Below, in pieces: positions 1 through 9,804 of a DNA stretch of 64,000 bases. The stretch is from contig JBNGDF010000001.1 of the NCBI GenBank assembly GCA_049975265.1, positions 128,001 to 192,000 on the forward strand. Reading direction: 5' to 3'. Within the stretch, counting starts at the first letter, position 1. Every line of letters starts with the position of its first letter. The notes beneath the pieces are model-generated. The model was not told where the DNA came from. It searched no databases and saw only the letters and a list, made by a program, of their open reading frames with translations. The DNA is from Fidelibacterota bacterium. Lineage in GTDB: Bacteria; Fidelibacterota; UBA2242. The translations under genes and the position numbers were made by a program.

Positions 1-1053
1 TTGAACTGGGGGTTGGGTCATGCAACACGCTCTATTCCGCTTATCAGAGCGTTGAAAAACAATAATGAGGTCATACTGGCAGCCACCGGGCGGTCTTTGC
101 AGCTGTTACGGCGGGAATTTCCGGATTGTACGGCAATTAACTTCCCCGATTACGGAGTCTGCTATTGCCGGAATCCTGTTTTTTTATTTCTCTACCTGTT
201 GTTACAGCTACCGCGGGTTCTGGTGCGCCTGATCCTGGAAAATCGGCAGACGCAGCGAATAGTTGAATTGTATAAAATTGATCTGATTTTCTCCGACAAC
301 CGCTATGGTGTCTTTGCCAGAGATATTCCGAGCTTCCTGATGACCCACCAGCTGCGTTTTCGCCTTCCGCAAATACTCCACTGCTTTGAGTTTATCAGCG
401 TTTTATTCAACCAGCTGATGTTCCGACGCTTTCGGCATGTTTTTATTCCTGATTTTGAAGGGGCTGAAAATCTGACTGGTCAATTGGGACACCCCTGGGC
501 TTTTCGAGGTACTAGGAGGCTGAGCTATATTGGGATTTTGTCGAGTATCGCGAAACAGACTGTTAGCGATCCGATTGATGGTCTGGTGATGATCTCGGGA
601 CCGGAACCGCAGCGGACGGTTTTGGAAAGGCTGGTTTTAGATCAAGCAAAGGCGCTGACGGGACACTGGGTCATTGTACTAGGTAAGCCGGATTCGACGA
701 TGCAGCAGAGTACCCGGGTTGGTCAACTGGACATCTACCCGCATCTGAACCGTTCGGCAATGGCGGATGTTATGAACAATGCTGAACTGATTGTAGCCCG
801 GGCGGGCTATTCGACGATTATGGAGTTGATTGCCTTGGGAAAACCGGCGCTACTGATACCGACACCCGGTCAAACGGAGCAGGAATATCTGGGACACCGG
901 CTTATGGCGGCGGGCTGGGTTCATTGTGTGCATCAGGCAGATTTGAATCTCCCGGAGGATATAAAAAGTGTGCCTCGCTCACTGCCAACGATGCTACTGA
1001 ACAAACCTGTTAATGACGTGACGGCGGTGCTCTCGGTTATAGGAGTGGATTGA
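1..1053 (+). CDS. GT-B glycosyltransferase (Glyco_tran_28_C / MJ1255-like), probably 5'-truncated by the window edge
   Basis: (L)NWGLGHATR N-terminal motif; ARAGYSTIMEL and LLIPTPGQTEQEY nucleotide-sugar-binding motifs. Confidence 0.85.
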   Translation: MNWGLGHATRSIPLIRALKNNNEVILAATGRSLQLLRREFPDCTAINFPDYGVCYCRNPVFLFLYLLLQLPRVLVRLILENRQTQRIVELYKIDLIFSDNRYGVFARDIPSFLMTHQLRFRLPQILHCFEFISVLFNQLMFRRFRHVFIPDFEGAENLTGQLGHPWAFRGTRRLSYIGILSSIAKQTVSDPIDGLVMISGPEPQRTVLERLVLDQAKALTGHWVIVLGKPDSTMQQSTRVGQLDIYPHLNRSAMADVMNNAELIVARAGYSTIMELIALGKPALLIPTPGQTEQEYLGHRLMAAGWVHCVHQADLNLPEDIKSVPRSLPTMLLNKPVNDVTAVLSVIGVD

Positions 1054-2216
1054 AGTTGATGTTAATTGTAAATATTATTCTTGGAATTTCAGCCGTTATC
1101 TATCTGTTATTTATCCTCTATTTTCTGACGGGTTTGCGGAAAGTTAAACCGAATAACAGGCTGTCTGATGAATATCCGCCTCTGGCGGTGATCGTCGCCG
1201 CCCGGAATGAAGAGAGGCATATCGGCAACACGGTTCATTCTCTGTCTAATCAGAATTATCCCGATGATCGCTATGAGATAGTTGTTGTCAACGATCGCTC
1301 GGAGGATAAAACCGGCGAGATTTTGGAGGAATTGAAAAAGACAGTTCCCAATCTGCGAGTCATTTCCATCGTCCAGTGTCCGACGGGGATTTCACCGAAG
1401 AAAAATGCCCTGATTGAGGCGGTCAAAACGCTGACTTGTCCCTTTATCCTGACCACCGATGCTGATTGCGTTCACCATCCCGACTGGTTGCGCAGTTATG
1501 CGGCTCTAATCGAGGAAAATTTGGGGGTTGCGACGGGGATTACCCGTTTTCAACAGAGAACCTATCGCAATGGCTTTGAGTGTCTTTGGCAGAACATGCA
1601 AGCCATCGAATATATGTCACACCAGATCGTCATGGCTGGTGCCATCGGGCACAATCGGGGTTTTACAGCCAATGGCAACAATATGATATTCAACCGGCAG
1701 CTGTATGTTGACTATGAGAACGACGCACTGCGCAGAGGGATTGTATCCGGTGACGATTTCTTTATTATTCAGACGGCGGAAAAAAGGAACTATCTGCTGA
1801 AATTCAATCTGAGTACCGCTGGAATCGTTCAGACTCCGCCTCAGCGGACACTGCGGGCTGTAATCAACCAGCGCGCCCGCTGGAGCTCGAAGATCGGCAG
1901 GGCAAAAGCGGAAGTGCTCTTCTTTTCTTTGAACACCTTTTTGTACTATCTGGGATTGACAATCTATCCCGGACTGCTGCTTTTTTTCCCGTCCTACGGA
2001 CCACTGTTATTGGGCCTGTTCGGAGTGAAAGTGTTCAGCGATACGCTTTATATGGTTTACGGATATCAGAAATTTGGTCAAAAATTGAATTCGTTGTATT
2101 ATATTCTCATGGAAATAGTGCATGCTCCGTTCATTGTAATTGTTGCCGTAATTGGATCTCTGTTTGGATTTACCTGGAAAGGAACACGCTATAAGGTAGA
2201 TGCGGGAAGTGGGTAG
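1050..2216 (+). CDS. Family 2 glycosyltransferase, membrane-bound
   Basis: VIVAARNEE, VNDRSED, TTDADC (DxD), SGDD and QRARW motifs; N- and C-terminal TM helices. Confidence 0.9.
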   Translation: MKLMLIVNIILGISAVIYLLFILYFLTGLRKVKPNNRLSDEYPPLAVIVAARNEERHIGNTVHSLSNQNYPDDRYEIVVVNDRSEDKTGEILEELKKTVPNLRVISIVQCPTGISPKKNALIEAVKTLTCPFILTTDADCVHHPDWLRSYAALIEENLGVATGITRFQQRTYRNGFECLWQNMQAIEYMSHQIVMAGAIGHNRGFTANGNNMIFNRQLYVDYENDALRRGIVSGDDFFIIQTAEKRNYLLKFNLSTAGIVQTPPQRTLRAVINQRARWSSKIGRAKAEVLFFSLNTFLYYLGLTIYPGLLLFFPSYGPLLLGLFGVKVFSDTLYMVYGYQKFGQKLNSLYYILMEIVHAPFIVIVAVIGSLFGFTWKGTRYKVDAGSG

Positions 2217-3918
2217 AAGAAAAGCCGTTAGACTACGGAACCATATTTATCTATGCGGATTGCTGCTGGTTTTTGTCGGCACGGTTTCGGCGAGCCAGAT
2301 CCATGTGAATATCGATGATCCGGTCTATCTTTTTCTGGATCGCTTAACAACCGCAGGGTTCCTGCCGGGGAACCTGAACGACACTCGCCCGTTTACCCGG
2401 GACAAAGTCGCCGGGTTGCTTTTAATGATTTATGAAAAGCGCGCAGAGCTGAATCGGATCGACCAGGCAATTCTCGATGAATATTTAGCCGACTACAGGA
2501 TGGAAATTTCCCCGTCTCAAAAGCATTTTCAGATTCCCGCTGGTGAAAACACCTTTTTCTTTTTCAGATCTTTTAAAAATATGAAAACGGGTTTTCGGAA
2601 TATAGCAAAATGGGAAGATAACCGGGAGAAGCAGCATCTGCTCGTGTACGAAAAGGAGGACGAAGTCGTCTGGGTGGACTGGAGCGAAGCGCTCCGTATA
2701 GAGTCGAAAAATGGCTCCTATCGCCCGCTGAACCGTGATGCGATTCACCTGTCCGCCCAGCTGGGTGAGCACTTTTCAGCCTATTTCGATGGTATCCGCT
2801 ATGTCCAGTATAACGTGAATAATTACACGGAGTTGACGGAGGACTATAAGGGCGGATTTTCCCAAAAGCCGAAAGAGGAGACGTTTGACTTGCAGGGATT
2901 TGATTATTCCAACGCTTACATTCAGGTGTCCGGCAAGTACGGTCTGTTCGGGATGGGCAGTGAGCCGTTGTATTGGGGTAACAGCCCAAACTCGCTGATA
3001 TTGTCGGACAATGTGACCCCCTTTCCTTTTTTCAGCTGGCAGAAGAGTTTCAAACAGGCGCAGTTTACCTTTTTTCACGGGTCGCTCTTGCCGAAGGAGT
3101 TTGAAAGAGATTCGACGGGTGAGAAGATTTTCAGTAAAAAATATCTGGTTGGTCATCGCTGGGAAATGGCGATCGGGAAAAAGTTTAATTTCAGTTTTTC
3201 CGAGCTCTATATTTACGGCAACCGCGATATGGAACTGGCTTATCTTATTCCTCCAATCATGCTCTGGCCGACTCAGCACAACTTGATGGACCGTGACAAT
3301 GCGACTATGGCAGTGGAGTTTGAATATCTGCCGGTGAGCAGATTTAAAATTTACGGAACACTGTTTTTAGATGAATTCACAACGACCCGGATTTTTGATG
3401 ATTACTGGGCGAATAAACAGGGCGTCCAGCTGGGAGTTCACTATGCTCCTTTTAAAATGCCCACCGATTTTCGATTTGAATTTACAGCTGTGCATCCCTG
3501 GACCTATACCCATAAGTACTTTTATAATTCCTACACACATAACGGCGTTGATCTGGGATTTTACGCCGGACCCAATTCGCAGCTCTGGTTTTTTGAGAAT
3601 CAGTGGTGGCTGAGCAAGCGGCTGTATGCCACCTTGCGGTATCGGTGTTTGAAACACGGTGTCGAGCCGTTGCCGGAGGATCATCCCGACTATTTTCCCA
3701 TCGGTAGCAGTTCCAACCAGAATTATAACAACCGCAATGAAGCTTTGGACGACAAGACAACCTGGTTAATGGGAGATATCGAGACAACCAATGAATATCA
3801 GATTTTGATTTCTTACCGTTTGAGAAAAGAATTCTTTCTGGACTGGGGCTTTAAAATAAGAGCTGTGGATGACACAACCAACCGCTATTTTTCCTTTCAG
3901 GTTCGCTTTGATTATTAA
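2200..3918 (+). CDS. Capsule assembly Wzi-family outer-membrane beta-barrel (start uncertain)
   Basis: Signal peptide; YLFLDRL...RPFTR N-terminal helices; WG..NSLILSDN and GHRWE motifs; aromatic C-terminus FDY. Confidence 0.7.
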   Translation: MREVGRRKAVRLRNHIYLCGLLLVFVGTVSASQIHVNIDDPVYLFLDRLTTAGFLPGNLNDTRPFTRDKVAGLLLMIYEKRAELNRIDQAILDEYLADYRMEISPSQKHFQIPAGENTFFFFRSFKNMKTGFRNIAKWEDNREKQHLLVYEKEDEVVWVDWSEALRIESKNGSYRPLNRDAIHLSAQLGEHFSAYFDGIRYVQYNVNNYTELTEDYKGGFSQKPKEETFDLQGFDYSNAYIQVSGKYGLFGMGSEPLYWGNSPNSLILSDNVTPFPFFSWQKSFKQAQFTFFHGSLLPKEFERDSTGEKIFSKKYLVGHRWEMAIGKKFNFSFSELYIYGNRDMELAYLIPPIMLWPTQHNLMDRDNATMAVEFEYLPVSRFKIYGTLFLDEFTTTRIFDDYWANKQGVQLGVHYAPFKMPTDFRFEFTAVHPWTYTHKYFYNSYTHNGVDLGFYAGPNSQLWFFENQWWLSKRLYATLRYRCLKHGVEPLPEDHPDYFPIGSSSNQNYNNRNEALDDKTTWLMGDIETTNEYQILISYRLRKEFFLDWGFKIRAVDDTTNRYFSFQVRFDY

Positions 3919-3920
3919 TC

Positions 3921-4814
3921 ATGGCTGACGGTTTAAGCAAAAGATGGCTCCGGTCGGTTGCCGGGCTTGCGCTGAAATTGTTCGTTTCGGCAGGGATTCT
4001 CTATCTGATATTTACCCGAACCGACATTCATCATATTGGAGACGCACTGTTAATGACCGGCTGGCGGACGGTTGGGTTGGTGCTGATAGCCGGTCTGGGC
4101 ATCTGGTGGGTTGAATATTGGCGATTTTATGCAACGGTTGAACCGCTTCTTGACGGGAATATTGAAACGCCTCTTTGGCGGGTTTTTTTTAGCGGATATG
4201 CCTTTCGGTTTGTCATCCCGGGCGGACACGGTGAGCTGGGCAGGATGCTATTTATCGGCGGACGCTATTCCCGGCGATTGCTGGCGTATATTATTGATAA
4301 GGGCAGCTTGGCAGTTGTGGTGCTATTGACCGGGTTTTTTGGTGTCTGGACGTTATATCGGCAATATAGTTCTTATTACTGCTTTTTACTGCTGGTGATC
4401 CCGATTTTGATTTTACTTTTATGGATCATCTTCAGGAAACGCCGTAAAGTTTTCACCGGTTTCGGAGCCTATCCTTACAGAGCAGTGCTGCCGAAAACTA
4501 TCCCGCTCTCTCTGCTGCATATACTTTTAATGGCGCTGCAATACTGGTTGGTTTTGCGCTGTTTTGATATATCTTTTTGGGCTGCCTGCGGGACTGTAGG
4601 TGTGGTCATGACCGCACTGATGCTACCGATCTCTCTGGCTGGTCTCGGTGTACGGGAGTGGGTCTCTCTGCAACTTCTGGCGCAGTTTGATATTACCCGA
4701 GAGGTGGCTTTACTGGCACCATTGCTGGTATTCCTATGTAATGTTTTGGTGCCAGCGCTAATCGGGGTCGCAACGCTGATATTATTCAAAATGAAACCGC
4801 GTTTGCGGAGCTGA
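3921..4814 (+). CDS. Lysylphosphatidylglycerol synthase TM-region / flippase-like membrane protein
   Basis: Multi-TM protein with IPGGHGELGR and LPISLAGLGVRE motifs. Confidence 0.8.
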   Translation: MADGLSKRWLRSVAGLALKLFVSAGILYLIFTRTDIHHIGDALLMTGWRTVGLVLIAGLGIWWVEYWRFYATVEPLLDGNIETPLWRVFFSGYAFRFVIPGGHGELGRMLFIGGRYSRRLLAYIIDKGSLAVVVLLTGFFGVWTLYRQYSSYYCFLLLVIPILILLLWIIFRKRRKVFTGFGAYPYRAVLPKTIPLSLLHILLMALQYWLVLRCFDISFWAACGTVGVVMTALMLPISLAGLGVREWVSLQLLAQFDITREVALLAPLLVFLCNVLVPALIGVATLILFKMKPRLRS

Positions 4815-4822
4815 TTGCGGTT

Positions 4823-6184
4823 TTACATTAATATTAGCGTCGCAATGGAAAAATAGACCAGCATACCGGTAATGTCAAGAGATGTCGTCACAATCGGGCT
4901 GGTGGCAACCGCCGGGTCAACATTAATGCGCTGTAACAGCATCGGTACCAGAGTCCCCAGCATCGCCGCAATAACCAGTTCGCAGCAGAGCGATACCCCG
5001 ATGACTGGCCCGATCAATAAAATATTTTCTGTTGCTCTGTAAAAGATATTGGAGAATAGGGTCAGCAACATGCCAAAGGCGATTCCCAGAAAGAAACCGA
5101 TAATAATCTGCCCGATTAAAACTTTAAATATTTGTTGAATGTTTATTCGTCCGGTCGCTAATCCGCGTACGATAATAGTGGACGACTGGGAACCGACGTT
5201 GCCGCCCATGCCGGCGATAATCGGCATAAAGGCTGCCAATATTACAAACCGGTTCAGCAATTGGTGGAAGCTGACCACAATGCCAGATACGATTAAGCCG
5301 CCGATGAAGGTGGCGAAGAGCCATGGAAAACGGATTTTGGCGGCTTCGACAGGCGTCTTTAAAAGAATTTCCCGGTCCTTTCCGACACCAGCCATCTGTA
5401 AAAAGTCTTCGGTGGCTTCTTCCCGAATCACGTCAATGATATCATCAACGGTGACAATCCCCAGGAGGTGGTTTTCCCGATCCACCACCGGTAGCGCCAG
5501 AAAATTATAGCGGCTGATAATGCGGGCAACTTCTTCCTGATCGGTATCCGGATGAACGGTAACCAGCTTTTTGATCATGATGTTTTGCAGGATGGTTTTC
5601 GGCGAGACCATCAGCAGTTGGCGCAGCGAGATGATGCCCGTCAGGCGGTCGTTATCATCGACAACATAGATGTAGAAAACCATCTCAGCATCTTTTTGTT
5701 CATGAATCGCATTGATGGCATCCTGAACCGTGTCCTGTTCATGCATTTTAAAAGGCAGCGGCACCATAATCCCGCCGGCTGTATCCGGATCGTACATCAT
5801 CAGTTCTTCCAGATCTTCAGAATCGGTGCTGCTCATCAGGTTTAGCACCTCTTTGCTCAGATCCTCCGGTATCTGCGCCAGTAAATCTGCCTGATCGTCA
5901 GGTGCCATCTCCTTCAGCAGTTCGGCAATGTCTTTGGGGGCGGAATCCCGCAGGATTTCCACCAGAATGGATTGATCGAGTTCCGTCAGAAACTCGGCTT
6001 TATACGTGCGGTCGGAAATCAGCTTGAAAACGGTCTGGCGTTCGGCGTCGGTAAAAGAGCGGAAAAGCGCCGCCAGATCCGCCGGGTGGGTTTTCATGAT
6101 CATCTTCTGAGTGTTGGTACGGGCATTGCGGCGAATCAGCCGCCGGAATGCATCCTGTAAAATAATAAACTCACGGTCCAGCAT
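4823..6184 (-). CDS. mgtE: Magnesium transporter MgtE
   Basis: HPADLA N-domain, CBS pair, MGGNVGSQ and VDPAVATSPIVTTSLD. Confidence 0.95.
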   Translation of the reverse strand: MLDREFIILQDAFRRLIRRNARTNTQKMIMKTHPADLAALFRSFTDAERQTVFKLISDRTYKAEFLTELDQSILVEILRDSAPKDIAELLKEMAPDDQADLLAQIPEDLSKEVLNLMSSTDSEDLEELMMYDPDTAGGIMVPLPFKMHEQDTVQDAINAIHEQKDAEMVFYIYVVDDNDRLTGIISLRQLLMVSPKTILQNIMIKKLVTVHPDTDQEEVARIISRYNFLALPVVDRENHLLGIVTVDDIIDVIREEATEDFLQMAGVGKDREILLKTPVEAAKIRFPWLFATFIGGLIVSGIVVSFHQLLNRFVILAAFMPIIAGMGGNVGSQSSTIIVRGLATGRINIQQIFKVLIGQIIIGFFLGIAFGMLLTLFSNIFYRATENILLIGPVIGVSLCCELVIAAMLGTLVPMLLQRINVDPAVATSPIVTTSLDITGMLVYFSIATLILM

Positions 6185-6204
6185 GAATCACCTCCTTCGA
6201 ATGA

Positions 6205-7062
6205 CTATCTGTCGCCCCTTTTTGGCGGATTGCCCGATTGATCATCGATGAATAAAAACTCGTCGCGCCGCTCGTCTGCCGGTGTCGCCCGCCGGAACCA
6301 GTACATGCCACAGAATAATAATACAATTCCGATCAACAAAATGACGGGTGAGACATGCCCCTTCCACTCATACCAAATCAGTTTACCATCATCAAGATGG
6401 GTGAACAGAATGGCGACGCCATTGTTGACGGCGTGAATAATAAAAGATATCCAGACGGAATTCGTGCGCCAGGCGACATATCCCATAAAGACCCCGATAA
6501 TATATATTTGTACAATCCACCAGGGATTGAAATGAATAAAGGCAAATATCAGCGCCGAATACAGCACGGCTCTGGTAATATCCCGGATACGGTATTCCAG
6601 GATACGCTGCAGAAATCCGCGGAAGACCAGCTCTTCAATCAGGGGCGCAATAATCACCACAACGCCGATGATAAAGATCGCCGAAAGCGGATCGGAAATG
6701 GTGACAATTTCCTGAATTTTTGAAAATTCCAAAGGCGTAGGCGCCAATGTCTGGGCGATTCGATCCAGTTCGTCGATAATGACAGTCAGACCGATAGCTA
6801 GTGGCAGCGCCGCCGCTACCGCCCCCAGTGGTACGGGATTGATTCGAAAAATCTTACGCAGGCTGGCACTGTTCTTTGTTGCCCAGAAATAGATCGGCAG
6901 GGGCAGAAAGAGTTCTCCGATCAGCAAGCCCATCTGCACCGAGGTAATCCCGATAATTGTCGGTGATAAAAACATGACAGCACCGGCGGTGATGGATGCC
7001 AGGACCAATCCGACGATCAGAAGAATAATAGCGGTTTTTATCGAAGGAATGCTATTGAACAT
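6205..7062 (-). CDS. CPBP (Abi/CAAX) intramembrane metalloprotease
   Basis: EELVFRG, FAFIH and HAVNN motifs. Confidence 0.9.
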   Translation of the reverse strand: MFNSIPSIKTAIILLIVGLVLASITAGAVMFLSPTIIGITSVQMGLLIGELFLPLPIYFWATKNSASLRKIFRINPVPLGAVAAALPLAIGLTVIIDELDRIAQTLAPTPLEFSKIQEIVTISDPLSAIFIIGVVVIIAPLIEELVFRGFLQRILEYRIRDITRAVLYSALIFAFIHFNPWWIVQIYIIGVFMGYVAWRTNSVWISFIIHAVNNGVAILFTHLDDGKLIWYEWKGHVSPVILLIGIVLLFCGMYWFRRATPADERRDEFLFIDDQSGNPPKRGDR

Positions 7063-7095
7063 TGGATTACACTGTTTTGTGTTAAAGGGCGTGTG

Positions 7096-7124
7096 AATTT
7101 AGACAGGCGGGCGGCTAAAGTCAA
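7096..7124 (-). promoter_or_regulatory. Housekeeping-sigma promoter for the CPBP-mgtE unit
   Basis: TTGACT-N17-TAAATT on the minus strand. Confidence 0.6.
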
Positions 7125-7161
7125 GAACTTGCCCCCTGTGGATATTACTTTTCACCGCCGT

Positions 7162-7689
7162 TCAATCCGGGGCGAGCTGGTTGAATAGTGTTCGGATTGC
7201 CGTAGTGTCCGGGGCGGAAAATCCCTGCTTGAAACAGACAATCTCACCGTCTACGTTGATTCCCACCAGTGTCGGCGTGGCCTGGGCGGTAAAGTTTTCC
7301 GCAATCTTTCCGTAGCGGTCCAGCAGGACCGGCAGGGTATAGTTCATCTTGCGAATGTAGGCTTGAACCGTATGTGGATCTTCGCCCACATTGACCAGAT
7401 AGATCCTGATTTCAGGATATTCTCTGCTCAGGGTATGCAGATAGGGAATCTCTTTTCGGCAGGCTACACAGTAACTGGTGAAGAAGGAAAACACGATTGG
7501 TCCTTTTAAGTCCGGGCGGGCGCGGGGTCCGACATAGCGGCTGAGGAAAAAATCTTTTCCGTCGAGAGTCCTGGCATAACAACCCGGTGCCGTTGTTCCC
7601 GTCGAGAGCTGTTTTGTTGGATTGACAGAGAGGCTGTCGGCTCCCGAAATTGTAGTGATCAGTAAAACAGGCAGGATAAACAGACGCAT
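7162..7689 (-). CDS. TlpA/ResA-like thiol-disulfide oxidoreductase, exported
   Basis: FFTSYCVACRKEIP (CxxC) and ATPT cis-Pro loop; signal peptide from the ATG at 7689, 1 nt after the upstream stop. Confidence 0.85.
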   Translation of the reverse strand: MRLFILPVLLITTISGADSLSVNPTKQLSTGTTAPGCYARTLDGKDFFLSRYVGPRARPDLKGPIVFSFFTSYCVACRKEIPYLHTLSREYPEIRIYLVNVGEDPHTVQAYIRKMNYTLPVLLDRYGKIAENFTAQATPTLVGINVDGEIVCFKQGFSAPDTTAIRTLFNQLAPD

Positions 7690-7690
7690 A

Positions 7691-8584
7691 TCAGGTCTCC
7701 TCCGGGCGCAGTAGTTCGTGCAGGAGAATTCCGGCAGAAACTGCCACATTCAGAGATTCTCCGCTGCCGTGCTTCGGAACCGCTATAATGTCATGGGCGG
7801 CATATTTAACCGCTTCTGGTAAACCGTGTGATTCACTGCCCAGAACCAAGCCCCAGTGTTTGTGTGGACAGGGTTGTACCGGTTTCCCGCCGGGATCGGC
7901 GCAGAATACCGCAATATTCTTTTGAATACAATAGTCTAAAAGATCATCAGGGGCGACATTTTGCCATATGGAAACGTGGAAAACGGCGCCCATCGATCCA
8001 CGTACAACTTTTGGAGAGTAGGGATCGACGCTGTTGGGGGAGATTATGATATGCCGGATACCAAACCAGCAGGCGGTTCTGAGGATGGTTCCCAAGTTGC
8101 CGGGATCGTTGATTTCCCAGAGAAATAGAAAGGGTGATTGTTCAGTATCTTCCGGCGGAAAAGAGTATTCCGGCAGGCTGGCAATGGCAAGAACACCCTC
8201 CGGATTTTTCTGTGAGCTAATGGATCGTATATCTGCATCCCTGACAATTTTAACCGTATCCCAGTCGACAGGAATCCCGCTGAAGATGTTTTTCTCATAA
8301 GCAGAGTGACCGAGATAGATCCGCCCGACCGGAAAGTGTGCCTCCAGCGCCTCCTTTAGGAGCTTGGCTCCCTCGAGCATGAACTGCTGCTGGCGGTAGC
8401 GGAATTTTTTCTGCTGAAGAGCAGTGACCTGCTGCCGTTCCGGGCGGGATAGCCGAAAAACCGGTTGATCTTCTCCTGACTTCTTGAATCTCTCTGGATT
8501 TCGACGGTTGCCATCATTATATTTGCGGGGGTGTTGTACAGTGTTCACAAAAGATAAGTTATTGATAGCAGGCAAATGAAACAA
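7691..8584 (-). CDS. TrmH/SpoU-family RNA 2'-O-methyltransferase (true start probably downstream)
   Basis: DPGNLGTILRTA, VLGSESHG and ESLNVAVSAGI SPOUT motifs. Confidence 0.9.
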   Translation of the reverse strand: MFHLPAINNLSFVNTVQHPRKYNDGNRRNPERFKKSGEDQPVFRLSRPERQQVTALQQKKFRYRQQQFMLEGAKLLKEALEAHFPVGRIYLGHSAYEKNIFSGIPVDWDTVKIVRDADIRSISSQKNPEGVLAIASLPEYSFPPEDTEQSPFLFLWEINDPGNLGTILRTACWFGIRHIIISPNSVDPYSPKVVRGSMGAVFHVSIWQNVAPDDLLDYCIQKNIAVFCADPGGKPVQPCPHKHWGLVLGSESHGLPEAVKYAAHDIIAVPKHGSGESLNVAVSAGILLHELLRPEET

Positions 8585-9736
8585 GCCCGCAACATCAGAG
8601 AAATGTTACACATGCTGGTTCTTTTTAGACGGGCGGCGCGGGTCGTATTGCTCTATTCCTGTCACGGATTGCTCAACTATTGGATTCGCCGACGCCCGGT
8701 TTTGAAAAAAAGTCAGATCGGACTGCCCGGAAGAGACAAGATTCATCCGGCTGTTCTTTATACAACAGCAATATCCGAAAAACGCCCGGTATTTGTCGTA
8801 GTTGCCGGAACGAGTGCCTTTGCCCGGAAGCGTCAGCGCCTGAACTGCTTTGCCAAAGCCCTGGCACTGGTTGGTTATCACGTAATCATTGTAAAAAATG
8901 AAAATGGGCAGCATATCCCGGGTACAATTGATCCGACAGAAATCGGTGAAATTATTGAGGCAGTTTCCCTGGATGAGCGGTTTGACAGCAGCCGGATTGT
9001 GCTGGTGGGTGCCGATTTCAGTTCAGCCTGTTTACTGGCGGCAATGAATAATGCAGAAGCCCTTTGGAAAATCCACAGCTTTCTTTTTCTATCACCGGTG
9101 ACGGATATAAGCAGTCTCATCAATTTTGCTTTTCGGGGTCGGGTCAAAATCCGGGGTCGCTGGTTTTACCGCTCCTCTTCCGTCAAAATCCGACTTCTTT
9201 ATCTGTTGTTCGTCCTGAAAACCGGTCTGTCTCCCGATCAATTTGAGCGGGTATCCGGCATTATATCTCTGCTGCTATCAGACCGTCCGACGACGGCATT
9301 TCAGAAAGTTCAGACCCTTGAGTCGGATATTCACCACCTGCTGCTGGCTGTTTATAGGGGGGATATGGATACTAATGCCGTCCGGAGTTTGACGGAAATA
9401 TACCGGCGTGATCTGGATGCGTCGTATAGCGAGGCGATTCCATCATGTGATCTCGAACGCCCGGTCTTTATTGTACACAGTATCCTTGATGAGGATGTTG
9501 ATTGCGGGCAGGGTCAGCTGCTCTGGGAGAAGCTGTCCAGCTCGGCAGGTGTTTACCTGCATTTGACGGATTTTGTGCTTGCCGACGGATGCCGGTCGCT
9601 TGTCACCAATCCGGCGAAATGGGTCTGGGGTGCTTTCGACATGACCCGTGCTCTTTACAGAGTACTGGCGTATCTTTACAGTGATAAAAATTTACCCTAT
9701 AATCCCACCCAAACAGCCCTTCGGATGCGTATTTAA
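8576..9736 (+). CDS. Hypothetical protein with a degenerate alpha/beta-hydrolase-like fold
   Basis: RIVLVGADFS at the elbow position, FLSPVTD and VFIVHSILDEDV spaced as in alpha/beta hydrolases; no GxSxG. Confidence 0.5.
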   Translation: MKQARNIREMLHMLVLFRRAARVVLLYSCHGLLNYWIRRRPVLKKSQIGLPGRDKIHPAVLYTTAISEKRPVFVVVAGTSAFARKRQRLNCFAKALALVGYHVIIVKNENGQHIPGTIDPTEIGEIIEAVSLDERFDSSRIVLVGADFSSACLLAAMNNAEALWKIHSFLFLSPVTDISSLINFAFRGRVKIRGRWFYRSSSVKIRLLYLLFVLKTGLSPDQFERVSGIISLLLSDRPTTAFQKVQTLESDIHHLLLAVYRGDMDTNAVRSLTEIYRRDLDASYSEAIPSCDLERPVFIVHSILDEDVDCGQGQLLWEKLSSSAGVYLHLTDFVLADGCRSLVTNPAKWVWGAFDMTRALYRVLAYLYSDKNLPYNPTQTALRMRI

Positions 9737-9746
9737 TATGACAATC

Positions 9747-9775
9747 AAAACGGATCGGAGTAACCGACCCGTTTC
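9747..9775. terminator. Probable intrinsic terminator between convergent genes
   Basis: AAACGG-ATCGG/CCGA-CCCGTTT imperfect hairpin flanked by A/T runs. Confidence 0.5.
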
Positions 9776-9804
9776 TGTTCCGCCAGTGTTCGTGAATTAA
9801 TCGT

